In this document: one piece after another, positions 10,895 to 23,500 of the stretch
Layout: each line of letters opens with the position of its first letter
Position numbering within the stretch: the first letter of the stretch is position 1
NCBI RefSeq assembly: GCF_006345805.1
Contig: NC_042997.1
Location: 102,610,001 to 102,674,000 of the forward strand
Direction of reading: 5' to 3'
DNA length: 64,000 nucleotides
Source: Octopus sinensis
Taxonomy: Eukaryota
The notes under the pieces: model-generated
What the model saw: the letters and a program-made list of their open reading frames with translations, nothing else
Databases searched by the model: none
What the model was told of the DNA's origin: nothing
Program-made: the position numbers and the translations under genes

Positions 10895-13800
10895 GCGACT
10901 TCAGGATCAGAGCTAAATGGTTGCCCAGAAGAAGACCTGCTTAGAGGAGAAGGGTCTGGAAGCTTAAAGATCCTGCAAATGGACAGAGATTTAGAGACAT
11001 ACTACTCGAAGCCTTTGACGAAATAGAAGGGGATATAGCTTCACTTAATGTGGAAGGCAACTGGAGATTTCTACGGGACAATCTGCTGACAGCCACTGAC
11101 CAGATCTGTGGATGGAGCAAAGTACCATCTCGACCCAGAGTAACATGGTGGTGGAACTCTGTGGTCGACAGGGCTATTAGACAAAAGAGACAGGCTTGGA
11201 AGGACTGGAGGAACGGTGGTAGCAGGGAATTGTATCAGACAGCCTGAAGGGAAGCTAGGAGACAGGTTTATTTAGCCAGAGGGGAAGCGGATAAGAAAAA
11301 ATTTGCCAATGTTCTGAGCCGTGAGGATGAAAGACTTGAGGTATTTTGTGTTGCAAGACAGTGTGTGAGAGAGAATCGTGATGTGGTAGGAGAGAAGTGT
11401 GTTCGCATGGATGATGGTTCACTTGCGCTAAATGAGGATGTAAAGAGAGAGGTTTGGAGATGCCACTATGAAAGGTTGCTGAATAAAGAAAATGAATGGG
11501 ATAAAGAGAGTCTGCCGAATGTTGACCCAACAGAGGGACCAGCTATCCGAGTTGATAGTTCCGTGGTAGCTAAGGCAATTAGAAGCATGAAGACAGGGAA
11601 AGCCACAGGAATTACTGCAGAGATGCTCAAAATATCTGGCGGTGTCGGCTATAACCTAGTCACCCGTATAGTCAACCAGGTGATACACGAAGGAGTCATA
11701 CCCAATGACTGGTGTAGCAGCATACTAGTCAACTGCTACAAAGGTAAAGGTGATGCCCTAGATACAAATAATTACAGAGGTATCAAGTTGTTGGATCAAG
11801 TAATGAAGGTTACGGAGAGGGTCATAGCCCAACTAATTAGAGAGAGAGTTAGTTTAGATGAGATGCAGTTTGGGTTCGTGCCAGGGAAAAGTACCACTGA
11901 TGCTATATTCCTGGTAAGGCAGCTGCAGGAGAAATACCTAGCCAAAGATAAGCCCCTGTACCTGGCTTTTGTTGACATGGAGAAAGCTTTTGATAGGGTC
12001 CCCCGATCCCTTATCTGGTGGTCAATGAGGAAACTAGGGATAGATGAATGGCTGGTGAGGACTGTGCAAGCCATGTACAGAGATGCCGTAAGTAAGGTTA
12101 GGGTTGGCAACATGTACACAGAAGAATTCAAAGTAGAGGTTGGGGTCCACCAGGGTTCAGTACTCAGCCCCCTCTTATTTATCATAGTCCTCCAGGCAAT
12201 TACGGAGGAATCCAAGACAGGTTGTCCCTGGGAGCTCCTCTACGCTGACGACCTTGCTCTTATTGCTGAGTCACTATCAGAGCTGGAGGAGAAGTTCCAG
12301 GTGTGGAAGGAGGGTTTAGAATCGAGGGGCCTTAGAGTCAACCTAGCTAAAACCAAAGTACTAATAAGTAGGAAGGTAGACAATCCACAAATGTCTTCAG
12401 GAAGATGGCCCTGCTCGATCTGTAGAAAAGGTGTAGGTAGAAACTCTATAAGATGTACCCAGTGAAAGCTATGGACACATAAGAGGTGCAGCAATGTCAA
12501 AGGTAGGCTAACTGGGAAGATAGTTTTTGTATGTGGCAGATGCTCAGGAACATTAATCTCCGAAAATCTGCAGAAAATAACTTCCGTCACTTTCCAAGGG
12601 GAAAAACTAGAAGTAGTTGATAACTTCCGTTATCTAGGTGACCAAGTCAGTAGTGGGGGTGGGTGCGCTGAAAGTGTAACTGCTAGAATAAGAATAGCCT
12701 GGGCAAAGTTTAGGGAGCTCTTACCTCTGCTGGTGACTAAAGGCCTCTCGCTCAGAGTAAAAGGCAGACTGTATGATGCGTGTGTACGAACAGCCATGCT
12801 ACATGGCAGTGAAACATGGGCCGTGACTGCCGAGGACATGCGTAAGCTCGTGAGGAATGAAGCCAGTATGCTCCGATGGATGTGTAATGTCAGTGTACAT
12901 ACTCGACAGAGCGTTAGCACCTTGAGAGAAATGTTGTACCTAAGAGGCATCAGTTGTGGTGTGCAAGAGAGACGATTGCGCTGGTATGGTCATGTGGCGA
13001 GAATGGATGAAGATAGGTGTGTGAGAAAGTGCCAATCCTTAGCAGTTGAGGGAACCCGTGGAAGAGGCAGACCCAGGAAAACCTGGAACGAGGTGGTGAA
13101 GCACGACCTTCGAACTTTAGGCCTCACTGAGGAAATGACCAGCGACCGAGACCTTTGGAAATATTCTGTACGTGAGAAGACCAGGCAGGACAAGTGAGCC
13201 CAGCCCACTTATGAATGCCTTTCCTCCCTTGGACACAAAGTCGATATAGAAGCTCATCCGACGACAGGCACCCATGCCAACCCCCTTTGCTTGCGAAGAC
13301 ATGTTGGGGCATTTGAAATCGAAATCGAAATCGAATTGAACCAGCCAGGATCCCTGGTCTGGTGGTATGTAAAAAGCACTATCTGACTCGTGGCCTATGC
13401 CAGCGCCGCCTCCACTGGCTTCCGGGCTGGTGACACGTAAAATACACCAATCTGACCGTACAACAGGCACCCATGCCAACCCCCTTGCTTGCGAAGACAT
13501 GTTGGGGCAAGCGAAATCGAATCGAATTGAACCAGCCAGGATCCCTGGTCTGGTGGTACGTAAAAAGCACTATCCGACTCGTGGCCGATGCCAGCGCCGC
13601 CTCCACTGGCTTCCGTGCCGGTGGCACGTAAAATACACCAATCTGACAGTACGACAGGCACCCATGCCAACCCCCTTGCTTGCGAAGACATGTTGGGGCA
13701 AGCGAAATCGAAATCGAATTGAACCAGCCAGGATCCCTGGTCTGGTGGTACGTAAAAAGCACTATCCGACTCGTGGCCGATGCCAGCACCGCCTCCACTG

Positions 13801-14290
13801 GCTTCCGTGCCGGTGGCACGTAAAATACACCAATCTGACCGTACGACAGGCACCCATGCCAACCCCCTTGCTTGCGAAGACATGTTGGGGCAAGCGAAAT
13901 TGGAATCGAAATTGAAATCGAATTGAACCAGCCAGGATCCCTGGTCTGGTGGTACGTAAAAAGCACTATCCGACTCGTGGGGTAAAAAGCACTATCCGAC
14001 TCGTGGCCGATGCCAGCTCCGCCTCGTCTGGCTTCCGTGCCGGTGGCACATAAAATACACCAATCCGACCGTGGCCGTTGCCAGCCTCGCCTGGCACCTG
14101 TGCAGGTGGCACGTAAAAAGCACCCACTACACTCACGGAGTGGTTGGCGTTAGGAAGGGCATCCAGCTGTAGAAACACTGCCAGATAAGACTGGAGCCTG
14201 GTGCAGCCTTCTGGCTTCCCAGATCCCCGGTCGAACCGTCCAACCCATGCTAGCATGGAGAACGGACGTTAAACGATGATGATGATGATG
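10895..14290 (+). mobile_element. 5'-truncated RTE-clade LINE (RT, repetitive 3' UTR, (GAT)n tail)
   Basis: A single reading frame from about 10.9 kb to 13197 is broken only by TGA at 11245-11247 and 12463-12465. RT motifs QFGF, FVDMEKAFD, GVHQGSVLSP and YADD; RTE C-terminal RGRPRKTW; ends in GAT repeats. Confidence 0.95.
13240..13990 (+). repeat. About 190-bp VNTR (about 4 copies) in the RTE 3' UTR
   Basis: caggcacccatgccaacccc recurs at 13265, 13464, 13655 and 13847. Units differ mainly in short tcgaa(a/t) runs. Confidence 0.92.
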
Positions 14291-14420
14291 AAAAGAAGTA
14301 TAAAAAAAAACGCATTATTTATGGGATGACCCAATATTTTGAATACTTTTGTAGATCTCATGAAACATGAATGTTAAAAAATGTGTACTAGCAAACTGAA
14401 AATAAGTTTTATACACGTAC

Positions 14421-14536
14421 CAATGAGTCTTTATTTTTAGTTATTTTCTTCACAGAATTTTCTTTATCAGGTTCTGTTTTTTGTACTTTCTTCTGTTTAT
14501 AAAAAATAATGTCACCTTCATCTTCCTCATCAAGCT
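14421..14536 (-). CDS. DDX52: DDX52 coding exon 3
   Basis: Polypyrimidine tract plus ccag acceptor, TTG|gtacgt donor. 116 nt, (E)LDEEDEGDIIFYKQKKVQ...KNKDSL, phase 1 to 0. Confidence 0.8.
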
Positions 14537-14859
14537 CTGGTGGAAAGAAAAAAAGATGTCGATTCTTTATTCTTAACATATTGGTGAGACCAATCTGCAG
14601 ACCATTTCATCAAAACACATTCAAATTGGTTCTAATGTCGAATGTAAAGTTCAACTTTAGATAGTCTTGTTTTAGGTAAGCTACAGTAATTCTCATTTGG
14701 TGACATAACATGAAATACAAATGAAAGTGGTAAAGTTGATATGAACAGTAGACTGATGTGCCCCAATACCTTAAAGTAGTTCAGTTCATGTAACTCTCTT
14801 TTATCCAAATCTGCCATAATATATACTAGTAAAGTATTAAATTAAAAAAATAATATATA

Positions 14860-15300
14860 TGAAATAGCGCTAAGAGTACCATACAAGTGTGATCGTTGCC
14901 AGAGCAACAAGCTGGGCTCTGTGCTGATGGCACGTAAAAACGCCATTCGAGCATGATCATTACCAGTGTTGCTTTACTGGCACTTGTGCTGGTAGCATGT
15001 GAAAAAACATTTGAGCGGGGTCATTGCCAGTGCCGCTGGATGGGCTCCTGTGCAGGTGGCACATAAAAAGCACCATTTGAGTGTGGCTGTTGCCAGTACT
15101 GCCTGACTGGCCCTCGGGCCGGTGGCACGTAAAAGCACCCACTACACTCTCGGAGTGGTTGCGTTAGGAAGAGCATCCAGCTGTAGAAACTCTGCCAGAT
15201 CAGACTGGAGCCTGGTGCAGCCATTTGGTTTGCCAGACCTCGGTCAAATCGTCCAACCCATGCTAGCATGGAAAGTGGACGTTAAACAATGATGATGATG
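14860..15300 (+). mobile_element. RTE 3' UTR copy (related subfamily)
   Basis: gtggcacgtaaaagcaccc modules and the acccatgctagcatgg...(gat)n tail. Confidence 0.85.
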
Positions 15301-15710
15301 ATTTTTGTGATATAATACCCAAAGAATTAAATTATATTTAAAGTCTCACATTTTCTCCTTAGATTAAAATGAATATACTGTTGTATCCCAACAAACCAAT
15401 GTTTTCAGAAAAGCTGTGATATGGTCACAACTTCCTATCTTGTGTTAGCAATAGTGACAACTTTATCATTAATGTTACCTTCAACTGGAGGTGGCAAACT
15501 GGCAGAATCATGAGCATGCAGGACAAAAATTCTTAGCAGCATTTTGTCAGTCTGTATGTTCTGGGTTCAAATGCTGCTGAGATCAACTTCATCTTCTATC
15601 TCTTTCAGGGTTGATAAAATAAGTACCAGTTGAGCACCAAGTCAATGTAACTGACTTACCCCCACCCTTGAACCTGCTGGCCTTGTGCTAAAATTTGAAA
15701 CCAATATTAC

Positions 15711-15825
15711 CTTCAACTTTTCTAGATCTTTTTTTCTTTGACAATTCTGTACTGGTGGTAGAGGCTTCTTCTAATAAAGTAGAATCAGTTTCAAGTTTGG
15801 TTTCTTTTACATCCGTCTTAATTAA
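15711..15825 (-). CDS. DDX52: DDX52 coding exon 2 (charged low-complexity linker)
   Basis: ttcttacag acceptor and GAAG|gtaata donor. 115 nt open frame LIKTDVKETKLETDSTLLEEASTTSTELSKKKRSRKVE, phase 0 to 1, fits both neighbours. Confidence 0.8.
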
Positions 15826-16340
15826 CTGTAAGAAATACGAGTGAATAAATTAACCATAAATCATGTTTTGGAGTAACTGATAAATACTGGGCTTTAACTA
15901 GAATAACAAGATAAGAATCCAGCATCCAGAAGAGGAACTGCTGCTTCAAAATATATTCATAATAAAATGGAGCAACAAATAACAATAACGTCCTTTATGA
16001 TTTAAGAACTGAAACATAAGCAAAATCATGCTTAGCTTCCTATCAGTTGTTCAATCAATGAGATTACCTGCTCAATGAATTAGTATTTAAGTGACTGAAT
16101 ATTTCACAGACATGTGCACCCATAACTGAATTCACAGGCAAAATCAGCGTGACACAGTATGAGACAAGGCTGAATTTTAAAATTATAAGTACAATCCATC
16201 AGTTTCTAACTACTCAGTTTCACTCATAGCAGGGATCAATTTGAGGCCATGAGAAATGACATTTGCCCAAAATGGCAAGTAGGGAGATTGAATCAAGGAC
16301 CTTCTGGTTGTGAAGCAAACTTTTAACTATTTGGCCGCAC

Positions 16341-16380
<40 letters not shown>

Positions 16381-16933
16381 TAAAATTATATAGACTAACT
16401 TATGATGTAAAATAATTTTATGGCTTAATCTGGAAGCTTTCCAAGCTTGCTAAGATTAATACAGTTTATGCCCAGCTTGACCTGTGCAAATAAATAAAAC
16501 AAAAATAAAAAAAAAGACCAAAGGAAGTTGGGTTGACTACTTAATAGAAGAATGATTGGTTATAGTAACTAGCATGGGATCTGGTGGCAAGACACAACAG
16601 ATGTAACATGAAGAAAAGACAAGCTTCTTGAATAGGCCTGGGTAAAAGTTAGCATGAAACAAGAGAGCAGACGCTGTTGAAGCAGTGATAAATCGATAGA
16701 GAAAGGCAACAGAATGCGGAACAAAAGTTTTGGTTTACGTAAAACAAACAAATACCGATTTACATTATTAGTAACCAAAAACAATTTATAAGCAACTTAC
16801 AAAAATTATAAGAACAAGTTCCAAAATTAAGAGGAAGTTGTGACACGTTATCTTTTCATCTCAATAGGGTGATTATCTATTATTTATAAGTATATAAAAC
16901 CGATAATATAAAAATGAACATCTTAATAATTAC

Positions 16934-17020
16934 CTTAAGTTTCTGAGCATCAGACTTAAAGCGCTTTAAGTCAAATTTCGCACCAACTCCGAGGAGTCGG
17001 AATAAAGAATGGCCATCCAT
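16934..17020 (-). CDS. DDX52: DEAD-box RNA helicase DDX52/ROK1, coding exon 1
   Basis: ATG at 17020 in caaaATGG context. MDGHSLFRLLGVGAKFDLKRFKSDAQKLK matches the recalled DDX52 N-terminus (MDxHDLFRRLGAGAKFD). Donor AAG|gtaatt, phase 0. Confidence 0.93.
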
Positions 17021-17511
17021 TTTGATAACCAAACACGTGGGATGGACGTCGTATAATATAAACACAAGAAACCGGTGTTCACGTTTTCATTTTACCTAGT
17101 AATTAATATGACGCCAGAGGAAAGAATATGATATATATATATAAGATAATATGTTTTTATCAAGATTTAGAAGGAATGCAAACGCACTGTGTTTTGGATC
17201 TTTTCGCTTGTTTTGGCTTGAAAATTATAAATTACATAGAAATTTTGTCGAAATTTTCTATTAGTTTTTAAAATTCTTGATTTAGATTTTTAAAAATTCT
17301 TACATCAGAGATGTATTTGTCATGTTCTAGTAGATTATTTATAAAAAAAAAAGTTCGTTCCCACTGTTTCACCCTCACACATCAATAAAGTTTCACCACA
17401 TAATAATTATGTTCATTCAGGTATTCCATATTTTAAAGTAACTCCGAAACGAAACTCTAACTGTAGTTAACTCCCCCTGATCAGCATTTCGGGGACGTTT
17501 CTGTAGCAGAC
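17021..17511. promoter_or_regulatory. Shared bidirectional promoter and 5' UTRs of DDX52 (-) and NDUFS8 (+)
   Basis: The divergent start codons are only 491 bp apart, so both promoters and 5' UTRs must fit here if the modelled ATG exons are the first exons. Confidence 0.75.
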
Positions 17512-17551
17512 ATGACGAATTATTTAAAGATATATTCGGCGGGACGTTCAG
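17512..17551 (+). CDS. NDUFS8: NDUFS8 coding exon 1 (start of mitochondrial presequence)
   Basis: ATG ACG AAT...TCA G|gtaaaa gives MTNYLKIYSAGRS. Phase 1 joins the exon at 20516. The full model totals 627 nt (208 aa plus stop). Confidence 0.72.
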
Positions 17552-19639
17552 GTAAAAGTCTATTATTTTTAGTTTTTTTCTTCTAAAATCTGTAATGGTA
17601 ATCAAATGCAACTTAGGTTTTTTAATTACAAATAGATTTCTACAAAATCCACGGAGTCTATACAGCGTTCAGTGTTTTCTTCCACAACCTTGGAAGCTTC
17701 GTCCTTCAGTGCTCTTAGTGCAGTCTTAAAAATCTGATTTGTTTTCTTCTAGCTCACTTAGCTGACACAAACAACTTCTACCAATGTTTTTAAATGACTG
17801 TAAAATTCTAGTCATATGTGTTGAATTTGTGGTTCATTTCTTTTTATATAATCCATAATTCAACCTTATTATTCACAATAGTGTGATATACTTGGGTGTT
17901 GTATAACTTAACTCAGAAAACTGAACTGGGTAAACTCCGCAGTCTGATATTGTTCAATGCATGTCGTAAGCATATCAGAATACTCGATTAAAATAAATGT
18001 TGTTTCTTTTCCTCTTTATTTTGCATAAACTGGAGCGTAATAATAAATGTAGTTCTATTTATTTAAAATGTATTTGATTCTTTGTATTCAAATCTTATAG
18101 GTATAATTTGTTTACGGTTACAGGTGTGTATGTATTTGTGTTTTAGGAAGCAAATTTAGATTTTAAACTCATCCAATGTGTCCTTCCTTTAAGTTATATA
18201 ATGTGATTTGAAGATATAGCTGCTATTTCTAGTAGGTCGATTTACAGCGTAAACTCTCGATACTCCCCACCTTCGTTAACAGAGTACCACAACCATCTGT
18301 CCCTTTACTTTTTTCCTAACCCTTACTCCACGACAGTGCCATACCTCCGTAAAATATGCATATCACATCCTCATACATGCATATCACATCCTCATACATC
18401 TTCCCTTCCATCTAAGCGCACAGCTTGTCAGTCACACTGAACCCTGACTCGAAATACACCTTTTTACTTTTTTTTTACCAGCAACATCAGAGAGCATCAA
18501 TAACAATCAACCGTCACATTCAAAAACATTAGCACATCGCATATATAGAAGATTGAAAATGAAGAAAAAGCACTTCACAAAATATACTCAGAGCACTCAT
18601 AGGTCAACCACAGTTGGTCAATCCAAAGAAGTAACAATTTAAGTTTATAAACAATATATTTGTTCCATCATGGATTGTTCACTTCAAGATCCAGTCATTG
18701 TTGTGGTGTGGTTGTTTGTATGCCTTAATGACCCTGAGAACTGCCAGAGGAGCACACAATGACCATTGATACGCTTTCAACTAGGAGTTAAGTAATAACA
18801 CTGTCTTGTGAGTTCTTGGTATAGTAGAAGGTTAAGGGAAGCAGTCTTGATAAAACTATCAGAGTGGAGCTCTGCAAATGGTTCCTTGACAAATTCTACT
18901 GTGTGTCCAGTGACTCCTGCTTCTAGTCTCATTGCCATCTCATCTCATCCCAAATTAGCTGGATCCAACAACTGTCACTTGCTGCTGAATTCAGATAATT
19001 TGGAGTGTTTATGATGCTGTGCAAGTTCTCTTTACTTCAAACTAGACCACATGCAAGTCATAACTTTGGAACTACAAACAAATGGCAGGCCTTTTACTGT
19101 AGCAGTATCACACATGTCTGTAATTGTGAAATACTACCACATTCATATTTTCCCCACTTGAAAGGGCACATGGATGGTGTAGCATAGAGGGAACCGTCAT
19201 GATTCTGTGGCTCTTGTGTGGCTGCATTTTCTGTTGAAGTGTTGTGAACTGAAGTCAGTCTCCATCAAGCACTGATAGATATACATGACATGTCAGAATG
19301 TCATCTCAACTAGATGTAGCCAAAGGTTGTAACCAGTCTTTTGGACAGCTGCCTGTTTGCTATGAGGTTTGTTTGATAAGTACTGACCTGGAATCATTCA
19401 AGAACAAGATTACTCCTTTTAATGGGTGGTTTGTTATAGTTGACAAAACAGAAGTTCTAAAGTTATAGCACCTGATAGTTAGACTGAAATATTTGAACCA
19501 ACAAGGTAGCTTCTACATAATTGATTGGTTTGCAAGAAACAACAGCCAAATCTCATTGAAATTACCTCCTATTATCTTAAAAAAAATAACTAAAAAGCCA
19601 CTTTAGAAAATATCCTAAACAGTCCTTACCAAGGCAATG

Positions 19640-20390
19640 ACTAGTGACAGACCTTTGGAGATATGCTGTGCTTGAGAAGACCCGACAAGTGAAACCATGG
19701 CCCATGGCCTATGCCAGCGGGTGTAACCAGCCCAATTATGAATACCCCTCATTCATTGGACAATAAACTTTGCTTGCAAAGACCTATTGAGGCAAATGAA
19801 ATCAATATCAAAATTGCTGACGAGGCCTATGACAGTACCGCCTGATTGGCACTTGTGCCAGTGGAATGTTAAAAGCACATCCAAATGTGGGGTGTAACCG
19901 GCTCACTGCTTGTGAAAACCTATTGAGGCAAGTCAAAACAAATCAAAATTGCTTCCGTAGCCGATGACAGTACTACCTGATTGGCACTCGTGCCAGTGGA
20001 ACGTTAAAAGCACATCTGAGCGTGATTGTTGCCAGGGCCATAGATTGGCACATGAAAAGCACCATTCGAAAGTGATTGTTGCCAGAGTCGCTCTACTGGC
20101 ACATGTGCTGGTGGCACGTGAAAAACAACATTCGAGTGTGGTCGTTGCCAGTGCCGCTGGACTGGCTCCTGTGCAGGTAGCACATAAAAACACCTTTTGA
20201 GCTAGAACCACCTGGTGTCACGTAAAAGCACCCACTACACTCTTGGAGTGGTTGGCGTTAGGAAGGGCATCCAACTGTAGAAACTTTGCCAGATCAGATT
20301 GAGCCTGGTGCAGCCTCTGGCTCACCAGTCCTCAGTTAAACCGTCCAACCCATGCCAGCATGGAAAGCGGATGTTAAATGATGATGATGA
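19640..20390 (+). mobile_element. RTE 3' UTR copy in NDUFS8 intron 1
   Basis: Same modules and (gat)n tail. Begins with ctttggagatatgctgtgcttgagaagac, which resembles the end of the RTE ORF. Confidence 0.8.
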
Positions 20391-20515
20391 TAACTCCTAA
20401 AAAGATAGGCTGCAACTGGCTGGAATACCTTTCACTCAGAAATGAAATGTAAAGCTCCATCAGATGTGTTAGCTTTATATTGTTTTAAAACTAACTTTAT
20501 GTATTTTCTTTACAG

Positions 20516-20578
20516 CCCATCAAATACTATGTCATTCTACTCGTGCTACATCAATTGTTCCCAATAGATCACTATGGA
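20516..20578 (+). CDS. NDUFS8: NDUFS8 coding exon 2 (presequence)
   Basis: ttttctttacag acceptor and GGA|gtaagt donor. (A)HQILCHSTRATSIVPNRSLW is Arg/Ser/Thr-rich with no acidic residues. Phase 1 to 1. Confidence 0.75.
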
Positions 20579-23500
20579 GTAAGTATAGAATTTATTTTAA
20601 ATTTGTTGACTTAATAATGCATGCATATATAGACACACACATATATATATATAATGATTTTGCTTAGGTATAGCAATGCTAATAACCAGTAGTTAGAACT
20701 TATTAACTACTTTAGAATAAGGTGTTAGATGAATACAGTGTGTATGTTAAAACTATTCCATTGACTTCTTAAATCATTTCTAAAATAAAGAGTAGGATCT
20801 ATCCCAGGAACTGGTGTTTATGATATTTTTATTTGATTCTCTCATAAATTTTTATAGTTTTTCTGTTTCTCTACAGACTTTTTCAGTAAGGAAATATTCC
20901 ATGGCAGTATTTTTTATCAAAATGATTAAACTGAGGCTGCAATTTTTAACCTTATCAGTATTTCTTGTAATATTCAGTAACAAATCTGTTCATCACTGTT
21001 TGGTCTTACTTTCATAATTCTTTCCAATTTTGGCACAAGACCAGCAATTTTGAGGACGTTAAGTTGATTACATCAACCCCAGTGCTTAATTTGTACTTTA
21101 TTTTATCAATCCTGATAGAATGAACAAAGAGGTTAAACTCAGTGACATTTGAACTCAGAATATGAAGATTCAGAAGAAATGCCTCTAAGCATTTTATCCA
21201 TTCAGTACACTTATGAATCTGACAGCTCACTGCTTTTCTTTCTTTTATGATAATTTCTTGATAGCAATTGCAGTGTGGAAGACACAAGTTAGCCATTCAG
21301 AAACACACAAAAACTGTTAACTTCATTTAAACTTTTATTTGTATTATTGTGTCAAAAGTTTTATTACTTCAAACTGCATTCCATTTATTGTTAAAAAAAC
21401 CCAACAAAAACAAACGTTTACAATGCAACCATAATAATATAGGGGTTTTAGTTGATAATATTGAGTCTAGTACTTATACTTTGCAGTGTCATTAGAGTGT
21501 TGGATTGAATGCATTGCAACATTTGTTCTGGACTCTGAAATCAAATCCTGCCAAGGCAGCTTTGCTTTTCATCCTTTCAGTGTTTGATAGAATGTAGGAT
21601 CAATCCTGAGCATTGGATTGGTGGAACTGTAAGAACATTGGCTCTGATGCTATGTCTTGTGGTATTTGTTCTGGCTTTCTGTGTTTTAAATCATGTTCTG
21701 CCTTGCTCTCTGAAAAGCACTCTCACCAACCCATAGGCCTTGCATGGCAAGTAAGACAAATCCTCAGCACCAAATAGATGGTGCAAGGTGGAGTTGAGAA
21801 AAGGGTTCTTCCAGCTAGAAAGGCATGTGCTCTGGGGAATATATTTTACTAACCTCTGTTTATTGAATGATTAAATTACCTTCTGAGTTGCAGTGTTTTT
21901 ACACCAATACTCATACACACAAACACATATATATTTATTTGTGATGGACTTCCACACAGTTTCCTACCAAATTCTACTCTCTCTCCTTGAATCCAGGGTA
22001 GTGGATTGGTAGAATTGTGTTCTGTTCAACCCATGCTAGCATGGAAGGCAGACGTTAAACGATGATGATGATGATGTATATTCTAGTTCCATGTTTCTTG
22101 AGTTCAAAATCTTGTCTAAACTGCTATCAATAGTGAAGTAGCCCCTTCATCGACCTCAAAAAAGAGTTTGCATCCTGATTTCAGTAGATACAATCTGATG
22201 GCAGAAAGTGCTCTGTAGCTAACCATTATGACAATGAAGAGGTTACAGAAGACATATGCTTAAGGTTTTTTTGGATTTTTTTTCGCATTTTTATTCTGTT
22301 ACTGGTTTCAATCATTTGACTACAGTCATGCTGGAGCATCACCTTTAAGGATTTTAGTTGATTGTTTTATATACACCAACGCCAATATTTTTGAGTACTA
22401 ATTTTATTGTCTCCTAAGTGGCAAAAGGCAGGTGAATTTAACATAAAGGGATATAACTCGAATCAGCTTGAATACTACACGGTCAGTGGTAGTATTCAGC
22501 ACCTAATCTCCACCATTTGATACCTACTTTCCATGCTAGCATGTGTTGCATGGGTCGTCATGATTTGAGTCAGTCCTTAATCTACCTCCTTGCTAGGTTA
22601 AAGGACCAGAGCACATCTCACTCGTATGTTTTCATCATGTGTGTGTACACACACACACACACACATATATGACGGGCGTCTGTACAATTTTTGCCTACCT
22701 AATTTCTCTCACAAAATTTTGGTTGATCTAACGCTTAATAATTCCAGTTTTTGACATGGATTTGTGCCCAATCTTCCTGATAATGTGTAATGTAGCATCA
22801 TTACATATGACTTGGGTCCATATAAATTTTCTCACAGGAGCTTCCAAAATATTCATTAGTTTACTTCTGCTATATGCTAGCTTTTTATACACTTAGAAGT
22901 ATTTCCATTTATTCAGTGCTACATAAACTTTAGACTGGTGATTTTTTTTTTGTTTTTTAATAACTTATGTCTTTTTTATCATTAAGTACTGTACCAGCAT
23001 AACCTTAGTACCAATTTTTTTTAACCTTGTCTGTCCTATGTCTGTTTGCATGGCATTTTTAAAAGAAAAAAAAATATGGTAGGGGAGTTAGGTTATTGAA
23101 TTTGATAGCAGTCAAATATAAGGAGTTCTATTTATTTTATGGCTTGTATTGGGGTGAGTACACCAAATCCCTTCATGTCATAAGAAGTCACTAAAAAGTT
23201 TGGTGACAAGAGGGCTATAAAATGCTGTTGCATGAAACCCATCCAACTCAATGCCAGCATGGAAAATTGGACATAAGAAATAATGGTTTCAAATTTTGCC
23301 ACAAGAGCAGCAATTTTGAGGGAGGGGATAAGTCAATTACATTGACCCCAGGGTTCAACTGGTATTTATTTTATCAACCCCAAAAGAATGAAAAGCAAAG
23401 TTGACCTCGGCGGAATTTGAACTCAGAATGTAGTGATGGGTGAAATACCGCTGACATAAAAATAATGTTGATGATTTTTTGGCTCATGATTCTTTTTGAC

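Larger units (their letters stand above)
9683..14334 (+). mobile_element. Mariner (DD34D) transposon, defective, interrupted by an RTE LINE
   Basis: 22-bp TIRs at 9683-9704 and 14313-14334, each flanked by TA. Disrupted transposase 9848-10869 with WVPHKL, TGDEKW, DNAQPH and PDIAPSDYHLF; 34 residues lie between the second and third Asp. Confidence 0.93.

Noticed and set aside
13240-13990. Regular repeat array resembling CRISPR
   Set aside because: The units are about 190-bp near-identical tandem repeats without unique spacers, inside a LINE 3' UTR of an animal genome, with no cas genes.
13117-14256. Long overlapping ORFs on both strands (up to 195 aa), also at 501-878 and 5866-6240
   Set aside because: They are by-products of the GC-rich stop-poor RTE 3' UTR repeat, occur in several frames at once and show no domain.
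20860-20900. Possible extra NDUFS8 micro-exon (ctacag ACTTTTCA gtaagg)
   Set aside because: An 8-nt exon would break the phase 1 to 1 junction, and the six-exon model already gives a normal-length 208-aa protein.
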